From the NCBI GenBank assembly GCA_951406725.2, contig OX597816.1, positions 135,904,001 through 135,968,000 on the forward strand: DNA of 64,000 bases. Reading direction: 5' to 3'. The notes under the pieces were generated by a model. It was not told the origin of the DNA. It saw nothing but the letters and a program-made list of their open reading frames with translations, and did no database searches. Shown one piece after another: positions 1 to 13,813 of the stretch. The first letter of the stretch is position 1, and the number at the start of each line of letters is the position of its first letter. A program made the position numbers and the translations under genes. This DNA is from Octopus vulgaris (lineage: Eukaryota).

Positions 1-785
1 AGGTGAACAATTATTGAAACATCTAGATGTCCGGCAAGTTAACTTGTGATAAATATTCTGTATTTAAGATTAATTCTTCCTGTTTGTTTAATTCCCACAG
101 ACATAAAGTTGTGATCGTGTTATGATTGACACGTTGAATGATCAATAATAAATTGAAAGTTGGGACGATTTATATATATATATATAAATGTACAATATAT
201 GTGTCAATCAAGAAATAAAGAAATTACTGATATATTTCGCATAAATTTAGAACATAACTTCTAATAACAGCAAAAGAAGGTTGGGTGCTAAGAATTATCC
301 TATTAAATGTGAGCCTAAAAACATTGAGAATGGTCTCTGTGCAGAGCTGAACCTTGAGGTTTTTATAAGCTCGCAACAAAATTCGAGAATATTTCACAAG
401 ACGAAAATTAAACATTTCTTTTTGTCCAACATCTATAAAGAAGAGACGTCAAAGATGATTGGCTGGAAAAAATGTCAACAGGCGTTATAGTTGAGTTCAG
501 GGATCTTTTCTATTCTGAAGCCAGTTTTTTCAAATTTTTCCTACTGAACCAAACAATTTGAAACTTCGTATACTGGTAGAATGTGTCAAAAGTAAACTTA
601 ATTGTAAACCAGAATGAAAACGGAATTGTAACTTCTAAGTTTAACGTTGTTTAATAATTAGAATTTTAACCAATGATATTCCGTCATTCGGCTTTATTTT
701 ATTTACTCCGTCTCGACCACCAATTTCGTGACGTATTAGACATCTTAAATGTAAACAAGCTATAGTCAGCCACCTTCTAATAACA

Positions 786-1292
786 AAAGTTTGTCTTTGA
801 AGTTACCGTCTAGGGGAAGCATTGATGTACATGTGTGTGTGTGTTGATGGGGTGTGGGAGACAGTATGTTGTGTAAGTGAAGTGCTTCTGTTAGTGTGTG
901 TGAAGAGACAGAGAGAGTAATGTGTGAAAGAGAGAGATAACTGAAATTTTTTACTCGGTGTATGTGTATATGTATGTGTGTGTGTATGTATGTGTGTGTG
1001 TATGTATGTGTGTGTGTGTATGTATGTATGGCCGATTCATCGTAATTACGATGAATCGGCCATACATACATAGATACATACACATACATGCAGACATACA
1101 TATACACATACACCGAGTAAAAATTTTCAGTTATCTCTCTCTTTCACACATTACTCTCTCTGTCTCTTCACACACACTAACAGAAGCACTTCACTTACAC
1201 AACATACTGTCTCCCACACCCCATCAAACACACACACACACACACATGTACATCAATGCTTCCCCTAGACGGTAACTTCAAAGACAAACTTT
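786..1292. repeat. About 500-bp palindrome with no spacer
   Basis: Centre gccgattcatcgtaa|ttacgatgaatcggc at 1045/1046; arms near-identical outside their microsatellite parts. Confidence 0.95.
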
Positions 1293-1636
1293 CCTCGTCA
1301 TAAAATCGCTTCCTCTTAGTCTCTTTCACTCTCATTACTTATGTAAAAAAATAAAAGTTTTTTACGGAAATCGACGGAAAACTTGTGCTACGACAAGCGA
1401 AACTTCGCCGAAATTTAATATTAAAAAAGCAAAGAGCTGGCAGAAACGTTAGCACGCCGGGCGAAATGCGTAGCCGTATTTGTTTACAGTTTTCCGAGGT
1501 TCATAGTAAAAGTTAATTCTGGTCAACATCACAAAATATATTAATATTATTCGTTAGCGGTTTTGACTTTCAAACTTAAGCATTTCCGGAATGTTATCTG
1601 CAAGAAAACCATACCACCCAGTATATGTTAATTCGT

Positions 1637-1713
1637 TAGGCGACTCATCAGTCTCAAATGGCTGGAGGGAGGCACATAATCTCTCCGGCCGTTTGAGTCT
1701 AACGAGTTGCCTA
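1637..1713 (+). ncRNA. Pre-miRNA-like hairpin (candidate)
   Basis: 34-bp stem (4 G-U pairs, 3 mismatches on the plus strand), 9-nt loop, CAGC downstream; no second copy seen in the window. Confidence 0.3.
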
Positions 1714-4519
1714 TACAGCTAAGCGCTTTATAGGTGCAAAACCAATGGTCACTTTGCCATAACAATCAACCTTCTAAATGTGTGTGTGTGTAACTTACTT
1801 ATAAAGAAGACATTTATTTTTCACTAATTTCAAACATTATGTACAAGATCACATAAATAGATGAAATACGTGTCTGAATAAAATTTTGGATTACCTGCAA
1901 GCACAGCAGGTCTTAAATCCAAATTTCCTGTAGACACTTCGTTACATACTGTAATTGATTAATGCAATTAGTTTAACACCTATCTCCTGTCCACCAAGCT
2001 AGCAAGTGAAAAAAAAAAACTCTTTATAAGTAGATGTTACTTGGAACTGACTAGCATCCAATCCATGTGAAACTTAACTGTCATTTTATGACTGTGCCAT
2101 AAATAGACATAAATGGCCCGTTATCTCCTCCACAGGTATATATATTCTTAAATCCACCATTTCGTCAATCGCAGCAGCTTCCAAGCTTCACCACTAATTC
2201 AGTTCTCAACTAAATTGCAAACTGTAAATAGTTTTAAAGAGGACACCTCCTCAGCTAAACTCTGGCATAAATAGTTTGAGATTTGGTTCAGTAGAAAAAA
2301 GTTACATCAAAATATGTCAGACCTCAAGTGGGAAGTAAGATAGATATTCGTCTTCAATTAACATAAAATTTTTAATTTTAAATTAAAAGTATACTTTTCT
2401 TATCCTTAAATGATAGAAAAATGCATGATGAATTCAGAATCGTTAGTCGCACTGAACAAAAATTAGTAGAAAAACAGTTACGAGGTAAAATGTTACGAAA
2501 TTTAATGTCAGGAAGTAAGAAGTAACGCTTAAGCAATAAGAATAAAGAAAATATTTCTAAAATGAACGTTAATATTCTAAGGCGTCGAGCTGGCAGAAAC
2601 GTTAGCACGCCGGGCGAAATGATTAGCCGAGGTTGACTTTGCCTTTTTGTCCTTTCGGGGTCGATTAAATAAGTACCAGTTACGCACTGGGGTCGATATA
2701 ATCGTCTTAATCCGTTTGTCTGCCCTTGTTTGTCCTCTCTGTGTTTAGCCCCTTGTGGGTAGTAAAGAAATAGGTATTTCGTCTGTCTTTATATTTTGTG
2801 TTTAAATTCCGCCGAGGTCGACTCTGACGTACAGATTATTTAATTAATATTTTTTTTATTAAACACTTTCAAACTTCCGATACTGGTAGAATGTGCCACA
2901 TAGAACAGAGTTAATTCTTAACGTTTTTGACAAAATTTGGTATTTTAGAAGCGATATTTCATCTGTCTTACGCTCTGAGTTCCAATTCCGCCGAGGTCGA
3001 CTTTGCCTTTCATCCATTTCGGATCTATTCAATTAGACGTACAGATTATTTAATTAATTTTTTTTAAACTAAACACTTTCAAACTTCCGATATTGGTAGA
3101 ATGTGTCACATAGAACAGGGTTTACTCTTAACGTTTTTGACAAAATTTTGTATTTTAGAAGTTATTTCGTCAGAAGTTACAGAGTAACAATGGACAAATT
3201 CGTGTTTAATTAGTGCCAATACACGAAACTCTCTGCTTTTGACTTACTCTCTAACTTCTACCGATGATATATATGCATATTATATTACATATATGTTTTA
3301 AAAAATCTCATCACGCAATCGAACCAATGAAAGAGCCTGGTCGCTCGACACGCTAAAAATAGCAGCCAAAGTATCCCCCTACCTAAATTACACGCCCATT
3401 GTATGTAATGTCCTAGATTATCCCTAAAAAGACGGTTTGCTGAAGGCTGGAATGTCTTTGGTGATAGGTTTACAGTATTAGGGTTGATTTGAGGCTAAAT
3501 AACAATATTGTGGTTAATTTTAATATTAACATCCGCACGATTTTCACTAAGAAAAAAAAACTGATTTTTTTGCATGGAATCAAGTACCCCGACCTCCTAA
3601 TATGCTGAAAATCCCTTATTTTGTTCGGAAAAAATGAGGTGAGGGTCATCTCCCCCCCCCACCACCACCACCAAATCCCGGAATCATTGGAAATTTTTTT
3701 TTCCATTGAAAAATATTAGGTTACTTACGGTGAGCCTGGTAACTGATGGTTTTGGGGTCTTGTTGTTTGTAACTTTTGGTGAGCCATGGTGGAACCAACA
3801 TCGTAAAAATCACTGCCATAATTTGGTGTGGATGGGTAACATCAATAAGTACTGAGCTTTTAAAAAATAAAGGTTTGGCAAAAAGAGACTTATTGGTCTC
3901 TTTTTGCCAAACCTTTAGATTACAAGACATAAACAAACTAACATCGGTTAGTGATGGGGATAAACACACGCACAAGCTCACATCTATATATATTACCTGT
4001 ACACGTACGCAAACACACACACACATGTTGGACTTCTTTCAGTTTCCGTCTATCTTATCCACTCACAAGGCTTTAGTCGGCCAGCGGCTATCGTAAAACG
4101 TTACCCAAGACGCCACGTAGTGGGACTGAAGCTAGAAACATGTGATTGGGATTCTTATCACAAAAGTTATTTATTTGTCTAATCCTTTGCCAATCTTGCT
4201 TCGTATTGATCTTACCACTCTTATAATGATTTCTGGTTAAGAAAATCGTTTTTTGCAAGAAGAGAAGAGTTACCTTCCTTGAAATTGTCTTATTTCTGTC
4301 ATCTGTTAGAGTTGTTCCCCATCGAATTTAAGTATACTAAGCCTAAAATTACTAAATATACTAAACCTAAAATTACATTGGTGGTGAGAAAAATCATTAT
4401 TTAAATTACTAATCTGCAGAGAAGGCAATCCGAAAGTTTTGATTTATTAACATTAATCAATGGAATGCGTCTAATCTTAGGCACTGTGACTAGTCAGGCC
4501 TTACTTTGGTCTTATTCCA

Positions 4520-4736
4520 CCCTTTAGCATTCAGATTACTCTGTCAAATGTAATGCTTTTTTATTCACATTGTTTTGAATTAACCATGCATTATCTCATA
4601 GCTTCGAGATTTCGATGATATGATTCTTTATTTTTAGAACGACATTGATGTAAGGGAGGTGTGAGATGTTGGATCAGACCCAGTTTGAACATAAAAGAGG
4701 CAGAATATTTCGACTGGATATGACCAGTTTAAAGGG
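4520..4736. mobile_element. piggyBac-type MITE copy
   Basis: ccctttagcattcag ... aaaggg|TTAA. Confidence 0.75.
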
Positions 4737-4910
4737 TTAAACCTCAACAGCAAAACATAGTCTAACCTTTACTCCACATCTCAAGTAACTAGAAAAGTCT
4801 ACAAGATTTTCATGCAGAAATACAAGATGGCTTTATATCTTAAAATAATGACCAAAAATTTTTTAAAAACCTGTTTTTGAGATTTTATTATTACCAGAAT
4901 TAATCATTAA

Positions 4911-5123
4911 CTCTTTAGCATTTAAACCAGCCATATCCAGTCCTAATAGTTTGTTTTAGGTTCAAGTCAGCCAGATCTGGCCTCTCACACCTATCCCATG
5001 TTAACATTCTATAAACAATCACATTATCAAAATCTTGATTCTACAAGGTAATAAAGTTATTATTTCAAAACAATGTGAGTAAATAAGCATTACATTTGAC
5101 TGAATAATCTGAATGCTAAAAGG
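4911..5123. mobile_element. piggyBac-type MITE copy, opposite orientation to 4520-4736
   Basis: TTAA|ctctttagcatt ... gaatgctaaaagg|TTAA. Confidence 0.75.
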
Positions 5124-5429
5124 TTAATATAAGGATTGCTCTCATTACTAAGGATGTAATTTTAAATATATAAAATTTCCCAACTGATTACTTCAAGTGT
5201 ATTCTTGTGTAATTTTTCTCAGTTGGTCTTTGAAGTTGAATATTTCTTTAAAATAAATATTACTTTGATACACAAATATATCACACTTATTCAGAGCATA
5301 AATATGCCATACAGTATGTACAATACTAAATGATATAGTACAAATATAAAGAGGAATATATTTAATATACAAGTCAATTATCAGCTTATGGAATGAATGT
5401 ATTACATACATATAGCAATATATACAGGA

Positions 5430-7862
5430 GCCAGTCTTGTGGCACTGGCATTGACCATACTCAAATAGTGCTTTTTACGGGCCACTGGTATGGGTGCCAG
5501 CCAGGCAGTACTAGTACCGGCCATGACAATGATTTCACTTGACTCAACAGGTCTTCTCAAGCACGGCATATTGCCCGACAATTGAATGGTACTCTTAAAT
5601 GGGCCATTTATGCGACACTGGCATAGGCCATGGCTATTATCCCACTTGGCTTGCTGGGTCTTCTAAAGCACAGCATATCTCCAAAGGTCTTAGTTGCTTG
5701 TCATTGTCTCTGTGAGCCCCAATGTTCAACGGTCATGCTTCACCACCTCATCCCGGGTCTTCTTGGCTCTACCTTTTCCACAGGTTAACCTCCACAGTTA
5801 GGGTGTGACACTTCTTCATACTGCTGTCCTCATCCATACGTGACACATAACCATACCAGTGCAGTCATCTCTCTTGCACACCACTTCTGATACTTCTTAT
5901 GTCCAACTTTTCTCTCAGGGCACTTACACTCTGTCGTGTACGCACATTCACATTACACATCCAGCTGAGCATACTAGCTTCATTTCTTTCAAGCCTACAC
6001 ATGTCCTCAGTGGTCAGAGTCCATGCTTCACTGCCATGTGGCATGGCTGTTCACACACATGTGGCATGGCTGTTCACACTCTAAGCAAGAGGCCCTTTGT
6101 TACTATTTGATGTAGGAGCTCTCAGAACTTTGCTCAGGCTATGCTTATTCTAGCAGCTACGCTCTGAGAGCATCCACCCCTGCTACTGACTTGGTCACCA
6201 AAGTAACAGAAGATATCAACTACTTCTAGTTTTTTCCCCTGGCATGTGATGGAATCTGTTTTCTGCACATTTTCAGTGTTTATTGCCCCTTTGCTTCTGC
6301 CAAACACAAAGCTATCTTCCCAGTTAACCTTCCTTTGATATTGTTTCATCTCTTATGTGTCCATAGCTTACACCGGGTGCATCATAAGGAGTTTCTACCT
6401 ATGCCTTTTCTACAGATCAAGCAGGGCCATCTGCCTGAAGGGATTTGTCTGCCTTCCAACTTACTAAGACTTTGGTTTTTGCTAGATTGATTCCAAGGCC
6501 CTTCAATTCTAAACCTTGCTTCCACACCTGAAACTTCTTCTCTAGTTCTGGTAGTGACTCAGCTATTAGAGCAAGGTCATCAGCATAGAGGAGCTCCCAG
6601 AGGCAGCCTGTCTTGAATTCCTCTGTTATTGCCTGGAGTATTATAATGAATAAGTGGGGGCTGAGGACTGAATTTTGGTGAACCTCTATTCCTACCCAGA
6701 ATTCTTCACTATACTAGTTGCCAACCCCTGCCTTACTGACAGCATCCTTGTACATGGCTTGTACAGCTCCCACTAATCACTCATCTATCCCTAGTGTCTG
6801 TACTGACCACCAGATAAGGGATCAGGGGACCCTGTCAAAGGCTTTCTCTTTGTCAATGAAAGCTAGATACAGAGGTCTATCTGTGGCTAGGAATTTCTTC
6901 TGCAGCTGTCTTACCAGAAATATAAGATTAGTGGAGTTTCTCCCTGACACAAACCCAAATTGCATCTCTAAACTAACCCTCTCCTTAATTTGTTGGGCTA
7001 TGACCCTCTCCATGAATTTCATCACCTGATCCAACAATTTAATACCTCTGTAATTATTCCTATCTAATGCATCACCTTTACCTTTGTAGCAGTTGACTAT
7101 GGTGCTACTACACCAATCATTGGGTATGACTACTTCATGTATCACTTGGTTGACTATATGGATGATTAAGCTATAGCCTACACTCCTAGATATTTTAAGC
7201 ATCTCTGCAGTGATTCCTGATGGGCTGGATGGTGGGGGAGGTGCTTTCCCTGTCTTCATACCTTTAATTGCTTTATCTACCAAGGTACTGTCAATTCAGA
7301 TTGCTTGTCTCTCTGTTGGGTTGACATTTGGCAGACTCTCTTTCTCCCATTCATTCTCTTCATTTATCAACCTTTCATAGTGGCATCTCCAAGTCTCTCT
7401 CTCTCCAGCATCATCCATTCAGACACATTTCTCTCCTATGACATCACAATTCTCTCTCACACACTGTCTTGCAATATGAAACACTTGAAGTCTTTGGTCC
7501 TCATGAGGCAGAACATTGGCAAATTTTTTCTATTCTGCTTCCCCTCAAACTTAGTAAGCCTGTCTCCTAGCTTCCCTTCTGGCGATCTGATACAGTTCCC
7601 TGCTACCACAGCACTTGTCCTTCCATGCCTGTTTCTTTTCCCTGTTCGCCCTGTCAACTACATTGTCCCACCACCATGTTACCTTAGGTCGAGAGGAGAC
7701 TTTGCACCATCTACATATCTGGTCAGTAGCCCTCCTCCAGTTGTCTTCCACATTATGTGATGCTATATCCTCCTCTTATTTGTCAAACGCTTCAAGTAAT
7801 ACGTCTCTAAATCTCTGTCCATTCGCTGGATCCTTAAGCTTTCAGACCCATCTTTTCCATGC
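5430..7862 (-). mobile_element. RTE-clade LINE, 5'-truncated and decayed
   Basis: RT motifs KGKGDALDRNNYRGIKLL, QFGFVSGR, AFIDKEKAFDRVP, LLYADDLAL; C-terminal GKGRAKKT; many frameshifts. Confidence 0.9.
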
Positions 7863-8149
7863 TGTGGTTGATGCCAGTACCATCTGACTGGCATCCATGC
7901 TGGTAGCATGTAAAAAGCATCATATGAGCACGGTCAATGCCAGTGCCGCCTGACTGACTCCCTTGCCGGTGGCAAGTAAAAAGCACCCACTACACTCTCG
8001 GAGTGGTTGGTGTTAGGAAGGGCATTTAGCTGTAGAAACCTTGCTACTTCAGACTGGAACCTGGTGCAGCCTCTTGGCTTGCCAATCCTCAGTCAAACCA
8101 TCCAACCCATGCCAGCTTGGAATGAGGACATTAAACGATGATGATGATG

Positions 8150-8183
<34 letters not shown>

Positions 8184-8927
8184 AAGACCCCCTTTAGTCA
8201 TGAACGACCATGAGATTGCATTTAGAAAGTTCCCCTCCAAACCACGAGTCCAGGCAATAATAATAATAATAACAACAATAACAACAACAACAACAATAAT
8301 TTAATGTCCATTTTCCATGCTGGCATGAGTTGAATGCTTTGACAGGAGTTGGTAAGCCAGAAGACTGCACCAAACTCTACTTTCTACTTTGGCCTCATTT
8401 CTACCCCTGGATGCCCTTCCTAATGCCAACCACTTTATAGTGTAAATAATAATAATGATAATGATAATAAGTACTAGGCAATGGCTCTCATATCTTCTGA
8501 TCTTAACTGATTGGAAATGTTATCATGTACATTGTTTTGTCTTGGTATAAAAGATGGGCTACTACAAATATTCTGCTCAATACCACAGATTTGCTTGTCA
8601 GTTGTTTGACCTTAACCAGCTGAGCATGTCTTTTAGTGGCTGACAATATGTACATCTCTGATCATGTGCAGAATTAGTAGGGGAGCATCATAGCCATGTG
8701 TTGAGAGGAATTCTTTGGGGTTTGAATAATTCACCTCTGGAAACATGGGTGTTTCGTTCAACATCCTTAAACAACTCTTATTCAGGGATGTTTTGAGTGG
8801 GATGGGCCACTCAGCCTGAAGAAAATTCTAACTGGGCCTCACCTGTGAGGTTATGCACTGTTTATTTTGAAATGAGATCACCATGCTGCACACATATGGT
8901 TGTGATGCATGTGCCTGGTGAACCCTT

Positions 8928-9010
8928 AGAAGAAGAAGAAGAAGAAGAAGAAGAAGAAGAAGACGAAGACGAAGAAGAAGAAGAAGAAGAAGAAGACGAC
9001 GACGACGACA
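8928..9010. repeat. (GAA)n/(GAC)n microsatellite
   Basis: Direct reading. Confidence 0.95.
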
Positions 9011-9543
9011 AACAAAAAACCTGTTCGCTTGGAAAAATTGAGAGGAAATAAAAATAAACAATATGTAAGAAAATTTTATTGTATTTTACAAGTTAGTGAG
9101 GGTATAAGGGCAGAGTATGAAATACTATTTTTAAACTCTAAGATTTGGACAAAAACTGAACAGGAGTGAAAGATTATAGGTTGAGAATAATTCAGCTAAT
9201 ATTCATTTCTAACACTGACACAAAGCCACGCATTTTGAGGAAGGTATATTTGATTAAATTAGCCCACCACATACACTTTTATGTTATCAGCCCCAGGTGG
9301 ATGAAAGGTAAAGTAACCTCAGTTGGTTTTGAACTCAGAACATAAAGTGCTATGATTAAACACTGTTAATAAATCTGATAGTAATGTAGGAGCCACTAAA
9401 GAGTATGAGATTAAGCAGATTAGATGTAGAATCAAGAAAGCAATGACAAGGAATTTAGTTTTGCTTTGCACAGTTCTGAGTTCAATTCTAACTAGAATTG
9501 ACTTCACTTTGCTCCAAGGCAGGAAACACAAGCAATATAATGA

Positions 9544-9549
9544 TTTATT
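9544..9549 (-). terminator. Candidate polyadenylation signal for TTC25
   Basis: AATAAA on the minus strand downstream of the putative stop; the motif is common in AT-rich DNA. Confidence 0.3.
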
Positions 9550-9718
9550 TCATGGATTACACTTCTCTCTCATAAAAACTTGTCAGGTGCCAGTATGTGA
9601 AAAATCAATATTTGGACTGTTTTCTTACAATTTTTAATGGTTCACCACATTTTACAACTTCGAGTACATTCACTTTTTTTCTTGTTCATTTTCATCTTCA
9701 AGTCAATCATTCTTCATC

Positions 9719-9726
9719 TTAGGAGT
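9719..9726 (-). CDS. TTC25: TTC25/ODAD4 putative terminal coding exon (D-S-stop)
   Basis: Polypyrimidine tract plus tgtag|AC TCC TAA in the correct phase; summed CDS is 1719 nt (573 codons); AATAAA 170 nt downstream. Confidence 0.45.
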
Positions 9727-10044
9727 CTACATAAAAGAGAATAAAGTTTACTTTAGTATTTCTTTTAATTAAAATTATGACAGACCAACATATTTAGACA
9801 CTTATATATCTTTATCTTTTATTTTTTATCATTTACTTATTTCAGTCATTAGACTGTGGCCATGCTGGGGCACTACCTTGAAGAATTTTCAGTCGAATGA
9901 ATTGACACCAGTACTTTTTTTTTAACGCCTAGTGCTTATTCTATCAGTCTCTTTTGCCAAACCACTAAGTTACAAATATGCAAACACACCAGGCACTGAT
10001 TGTCGAGTGAAGGTGGAGGACAAACACAGACACAACGACACACA

Positions 10045-10089
<45 letters not shown>

Positions 10090-10261
10090 GATGGGCTTCT
10101 TTCAGTTTTTGTTCACAAAATCCACTCGTAAGTCTTTTGTCAGTCCGGGGTTATAGAAGAAGACACTTAGCCAAGGTGGGACTGAACTTGGAAGCATGTG
10201 GTTGGGAAGCAAGCTCCTTGCGACATAGCCATGCCTGCACTTAGATATGAAGATATACATG

Positions 10262-11529
10262 TAGGGGTTGGACAAAATAATAGGAACACCTAGCATCATA
10301 GCATCATAATTTTGAAATATCTATAAAATCATCAAAAACTTGTTTATTTTTATGTTATTGGATTTATTATTAGTGTTGCTTAATATGTTTTGCTAAGATT
10401 GCTGTTTCTTTCCAGACATCATCAAAATGGTAATTAAAATTCATTAAAATGAGAAGATCCATCGGACTTTCAAAGAGGTCAAATTGTTGGTGCTCGTATG
10501 GCAGGGACTAGTGTAATGAAAACAGCCAAAATGTTTGGTGTATCAAGAAGTACTGTCTTGAAAGTGATGACAGCCTTTAAGAAAGAGGGAAAAACCTCCT
10601 CATCGAAATAAAACTCTGGAAGGAAACCAAAACTTTCAGATAGGGACCACTGGACTCTTACATGAATTGTTAGAAAGGATCACAAAAGTACAGCTCTCAA
10701 AATTACTGCAGAGCTTAATGACCATCTTAAGAACCCAGTTTTCACAAAAACTGTTTGCTGGGAGCTGCACAAAGCTGGATTTCACAGGAGGGCTGCAATC
10801 AGAAAACCACTACTTTAAAAACAAATGTTGCAAAGCGTTTAGAGTGGAGTAAAAAAAACCTACAGAATTGGTTCCTAGAGCAGTAGAAGAATGTTATTTT
10901 CTCGAACAAGTCATCCTTTACCTTATTTCCAACCACCAGCTGAGTATACATGTGGAGACAGCCAAAAGAAGCATTTGACCAAGACTGCCTTCTTCCAACT
11001 GTTAAACACGGTGGAGGATCTGTGATGATCTGGGGGGGGGGGGGGGCTATATCTTGGAAATCTGCTGGCCCAAAGGTTTCCCTTCATGGCAGAATTAATA
11101 GTCAAGACTATTTAAGCATTTTATCTGATCAAATTCATCCTATGGTTGCGGAACTGTTTCCAGAGAGAAATTCAATCTTTCAGGATGATAATGCACCAAT
11201 TCACACAGCTAAAGTTGTTACTGAATGGCATGAGGAACATTCTAGTGAAGCCACCACAGTCCCCAGATCTCAATATTACTGAACATTTATGGTGAATTTT
11301 AGAAAAACAAGTAAGGAGTCATTATCCTCCACCATCATCACTTCAAGAACTGGAGACTGTTTTAACTGAAGAATGGACAAAATTCCTTTGGAAACAATTC
11401 AAACTTTGTATGAGTCCATACCTCGTAGAATTCAAGCTGCAGTTACTGCCAAAGGCGGTCCTACCCCATATTAAAATAAATTTGTTTGAAATTATTTTAA
11501 GGTGTTTCCATTATTTTGTCCAACCCCTG
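10262..11529 (+). mobile_element. Tc1-like DNA transposon, full length, frameshifted transposase (TTC25 intron 12)
   Basis: TIR (c)aggggttggacaaaataat...acacct at both ends; TA at the right end; motifs DFQRGQIVGARMAG, PTVKHGGGSVMIWG, FQDDNAPIH, SPDLN. Confidence 0.92.
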
Positions 11530-12372
11530 TACATATATGATGGGCTTCTTTCAGTATCCATTGACCAAATCCTTTCACAAGGATTTGATTGGCCTTGTAC
11601 TAGAGAAGAAGACACTTGTCCAGTATGCTATGCTGTAAGACTGTACACAAAGCTGCACAGTTAGGAAGTAAACTTCTTAATCATAGACCCATGCCTGCAC
11701 TTAGCTGTGACTAAAATATTTAAGCATACATAATGATCCACATATTAAACAATATAGCAGGGTACAATTAACTATTTGCTTCTCTTGTGTATGTGGCTTA
11801 ATGGTCAGGGTATTCAGCTCACACTCTTACGGTCATGAGTTCAATTTCTGGCAATGCATTGTGTCCTTGAGCAAGACACTTTATTTCATGTTGCACCAGT
11901 CTCCTGAACTGGCAAAAATGAGTAGTACCTGTATTTCAAAGGGCAAGCCTTGTCACACTCTGTGTCACACTGAATCTTTCTGAGAACTACATTAAGGGTA
12001 TGCATGTCTGTGGAGTGCTCAGCCCCATGCACATTAATTTTACAAGCAGGCTGTTCTATTGATCAGATCAACTGGAACCCTTGTCATCATAAGCAACAGA
12101 GTGCCAGATTTTTTTTTGTTTATTTTTTTGTCCTGTGTATTACATGTGATACACAGGACAAATTTTCTTGGCATCCATGCTCATATATGATACACACTCT
12201 AAATGTTTTTCAACCCCAGAGTAACTTTAGACTTAAGAAAAGAAAGATATATGTTACTCAGTACATATGAAACAGGGGATAACTAAAAGCTTAAAAAGAA
12301 AAATGCTTTGGACAGGCAAATGGTTAAGATAAGAGACAAGAGATGTTTTAACCATGACATTCTATAACAGAC

Positions 12373-12441
12373 CTTTATTAGACTCAATGCCGTCATTGTT
12401 AGTGGGAGTTCCTGCTTTGGATTCTTCAGTGTTGTAATCAT
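12373..12441 (-). CDS. TTC25: TTC25/ODAD4 probable exon 12 (acidic tail)
   Basis: tgcag|AT ... AAA G|gtctgt; 69 nt, phase 1-1; DDYNTEESKAGTPTNNDGIESNK. Confidence 0.55.
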
Positions 12442-13753
12442 CTGCAAATCAGAGTGGAAAAAGAAATATAAGGATTGCTGGAATAATATGATAAAGATTT
12501 ATATACATACTGTATGAAATGGTGAGAGAGAGAGTGTGTGTGTATGAATGCATGCACACTCACATGCACATATGTATGTATATAGACAGACAGACCAGAA
12601 GAAAGATGGAGATATACATATACATACATATATATTTGAAGTTGACTCTGTCACAGTTTCTTGCTCAACGTAAATCTTTCAGGTAAAAACAATATGAATG
12701 ATAAATGTGACACTGCTACAAAGCACTAAACAATGTTTCAGATTTTATTTTCATTGGAGCCATCAGATGACATGGCTTGTTAGTTGTGCTGGGAATAACT
12801 TCTTTGTTCGCGTTGTTTCTAGGCAGTGTTAATTACAATGGTTCTTTCATTACAAATTTACATTTGATTCTTTTGTTTCAAAGAGAGATTAATTTATCTT
12901 AAATTAAATCATTTAAGATTTTGATGATTACATTCTGTCCTTTAATTCTTTCAGTCATTAGACTGCAACCATGCTACCCCCAGTACTTAAAATCTTTTTG
13001 TAAAGCCTGGTACTTTTTCTATCAGTCTCTTTTGTCAAACTGCTAACTCATGGGGATCTAAACACACTGACACTGGTTGTCAAGTTGTGGTGGGAGACAA
13101 ACACACACATACACACATGACAAGCTTCTTTCAGGTTTTGGTTGGCTTTGGTTGGCTCAAGGCTGTAGTGGGTGGAAGACACTTGCCCAGAGTGTAATGC
13201 AGTAGGACTGAACCTGGGACCATGTGGTTTAGAAGCAAAATTCTTACTCCACAGTCATACCTTTAATCAATTTTTGACAGATTGTTCTTATACTGTGATA
13301 GATATTTTCAGCTAAGTAGTCAAGACCATTTCAGATTTGGTATCCAGGCTGCTGAGTTGATATCATAGATAATTGATTCAATACTGCATTTATTTTAGCT
13401 ATCCACACTTTCTTAAATCACATATATAACAAATATTCTTGGGCTAATAGTTTCTGTTTTAGGCACAAAAATGGTTGTGCTCCACAATCATACAGTTTTG
13501 GGTTGAATCACATTACCTTGAGTGAGTGTCTTCTACGATACACTTAGCCTAACCAATGCTGTGTGAGAGACATTGGTAGACAAAAACTGTAAAAAAAAAA
13601 ACCCATTATATATCCATACACACACACACACACATGCACAGAGGCATACACATACTCAAATATATTCATACAGAGACACATATACAAAGATATAAACACA
13701 CAAAGGAATACATGCACTCATTTACATATAAACATTCAAACACACTAACATAC

Positions 13754-13813
13754 CTGTTTCTTTATCATTAGCATTTTCAGAACTTGGTTCTTCAAACTCA
13801 TCTTCATAGTCTC
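13754..13813 (-). CDS. TTC25: TTC25/ODAD4 probable exon 11 (acidic tail)
   Basis: attag|GA ... ACA G|gtatgt; 60 nt, phase 1-1; GDYEDEFEEPSSENANDKET. Confidence 0.65.

Noticed and set aside
766-1275. Two opposite-strand ORFs with near-identical peptides
   Set aside because: Artefact of the palindrome and microsatellites
1620-1655. CUGAUGAG on the minus strand near the hairpin
   Set aside because: No GAAA-stem III-NUH follows in register, so it is not a hammerhead
2314-2340. ATG TCA GAC CTC AAG TGG GAA|gtaaga as a possible first exon on the plus strand
   Set aside because: No convincing downstream exons or homology
8797-9061. Poly-Glu/Asp and poly-Leu ORFs
   Set aside because: Translations of a (GAA)n microsatellite
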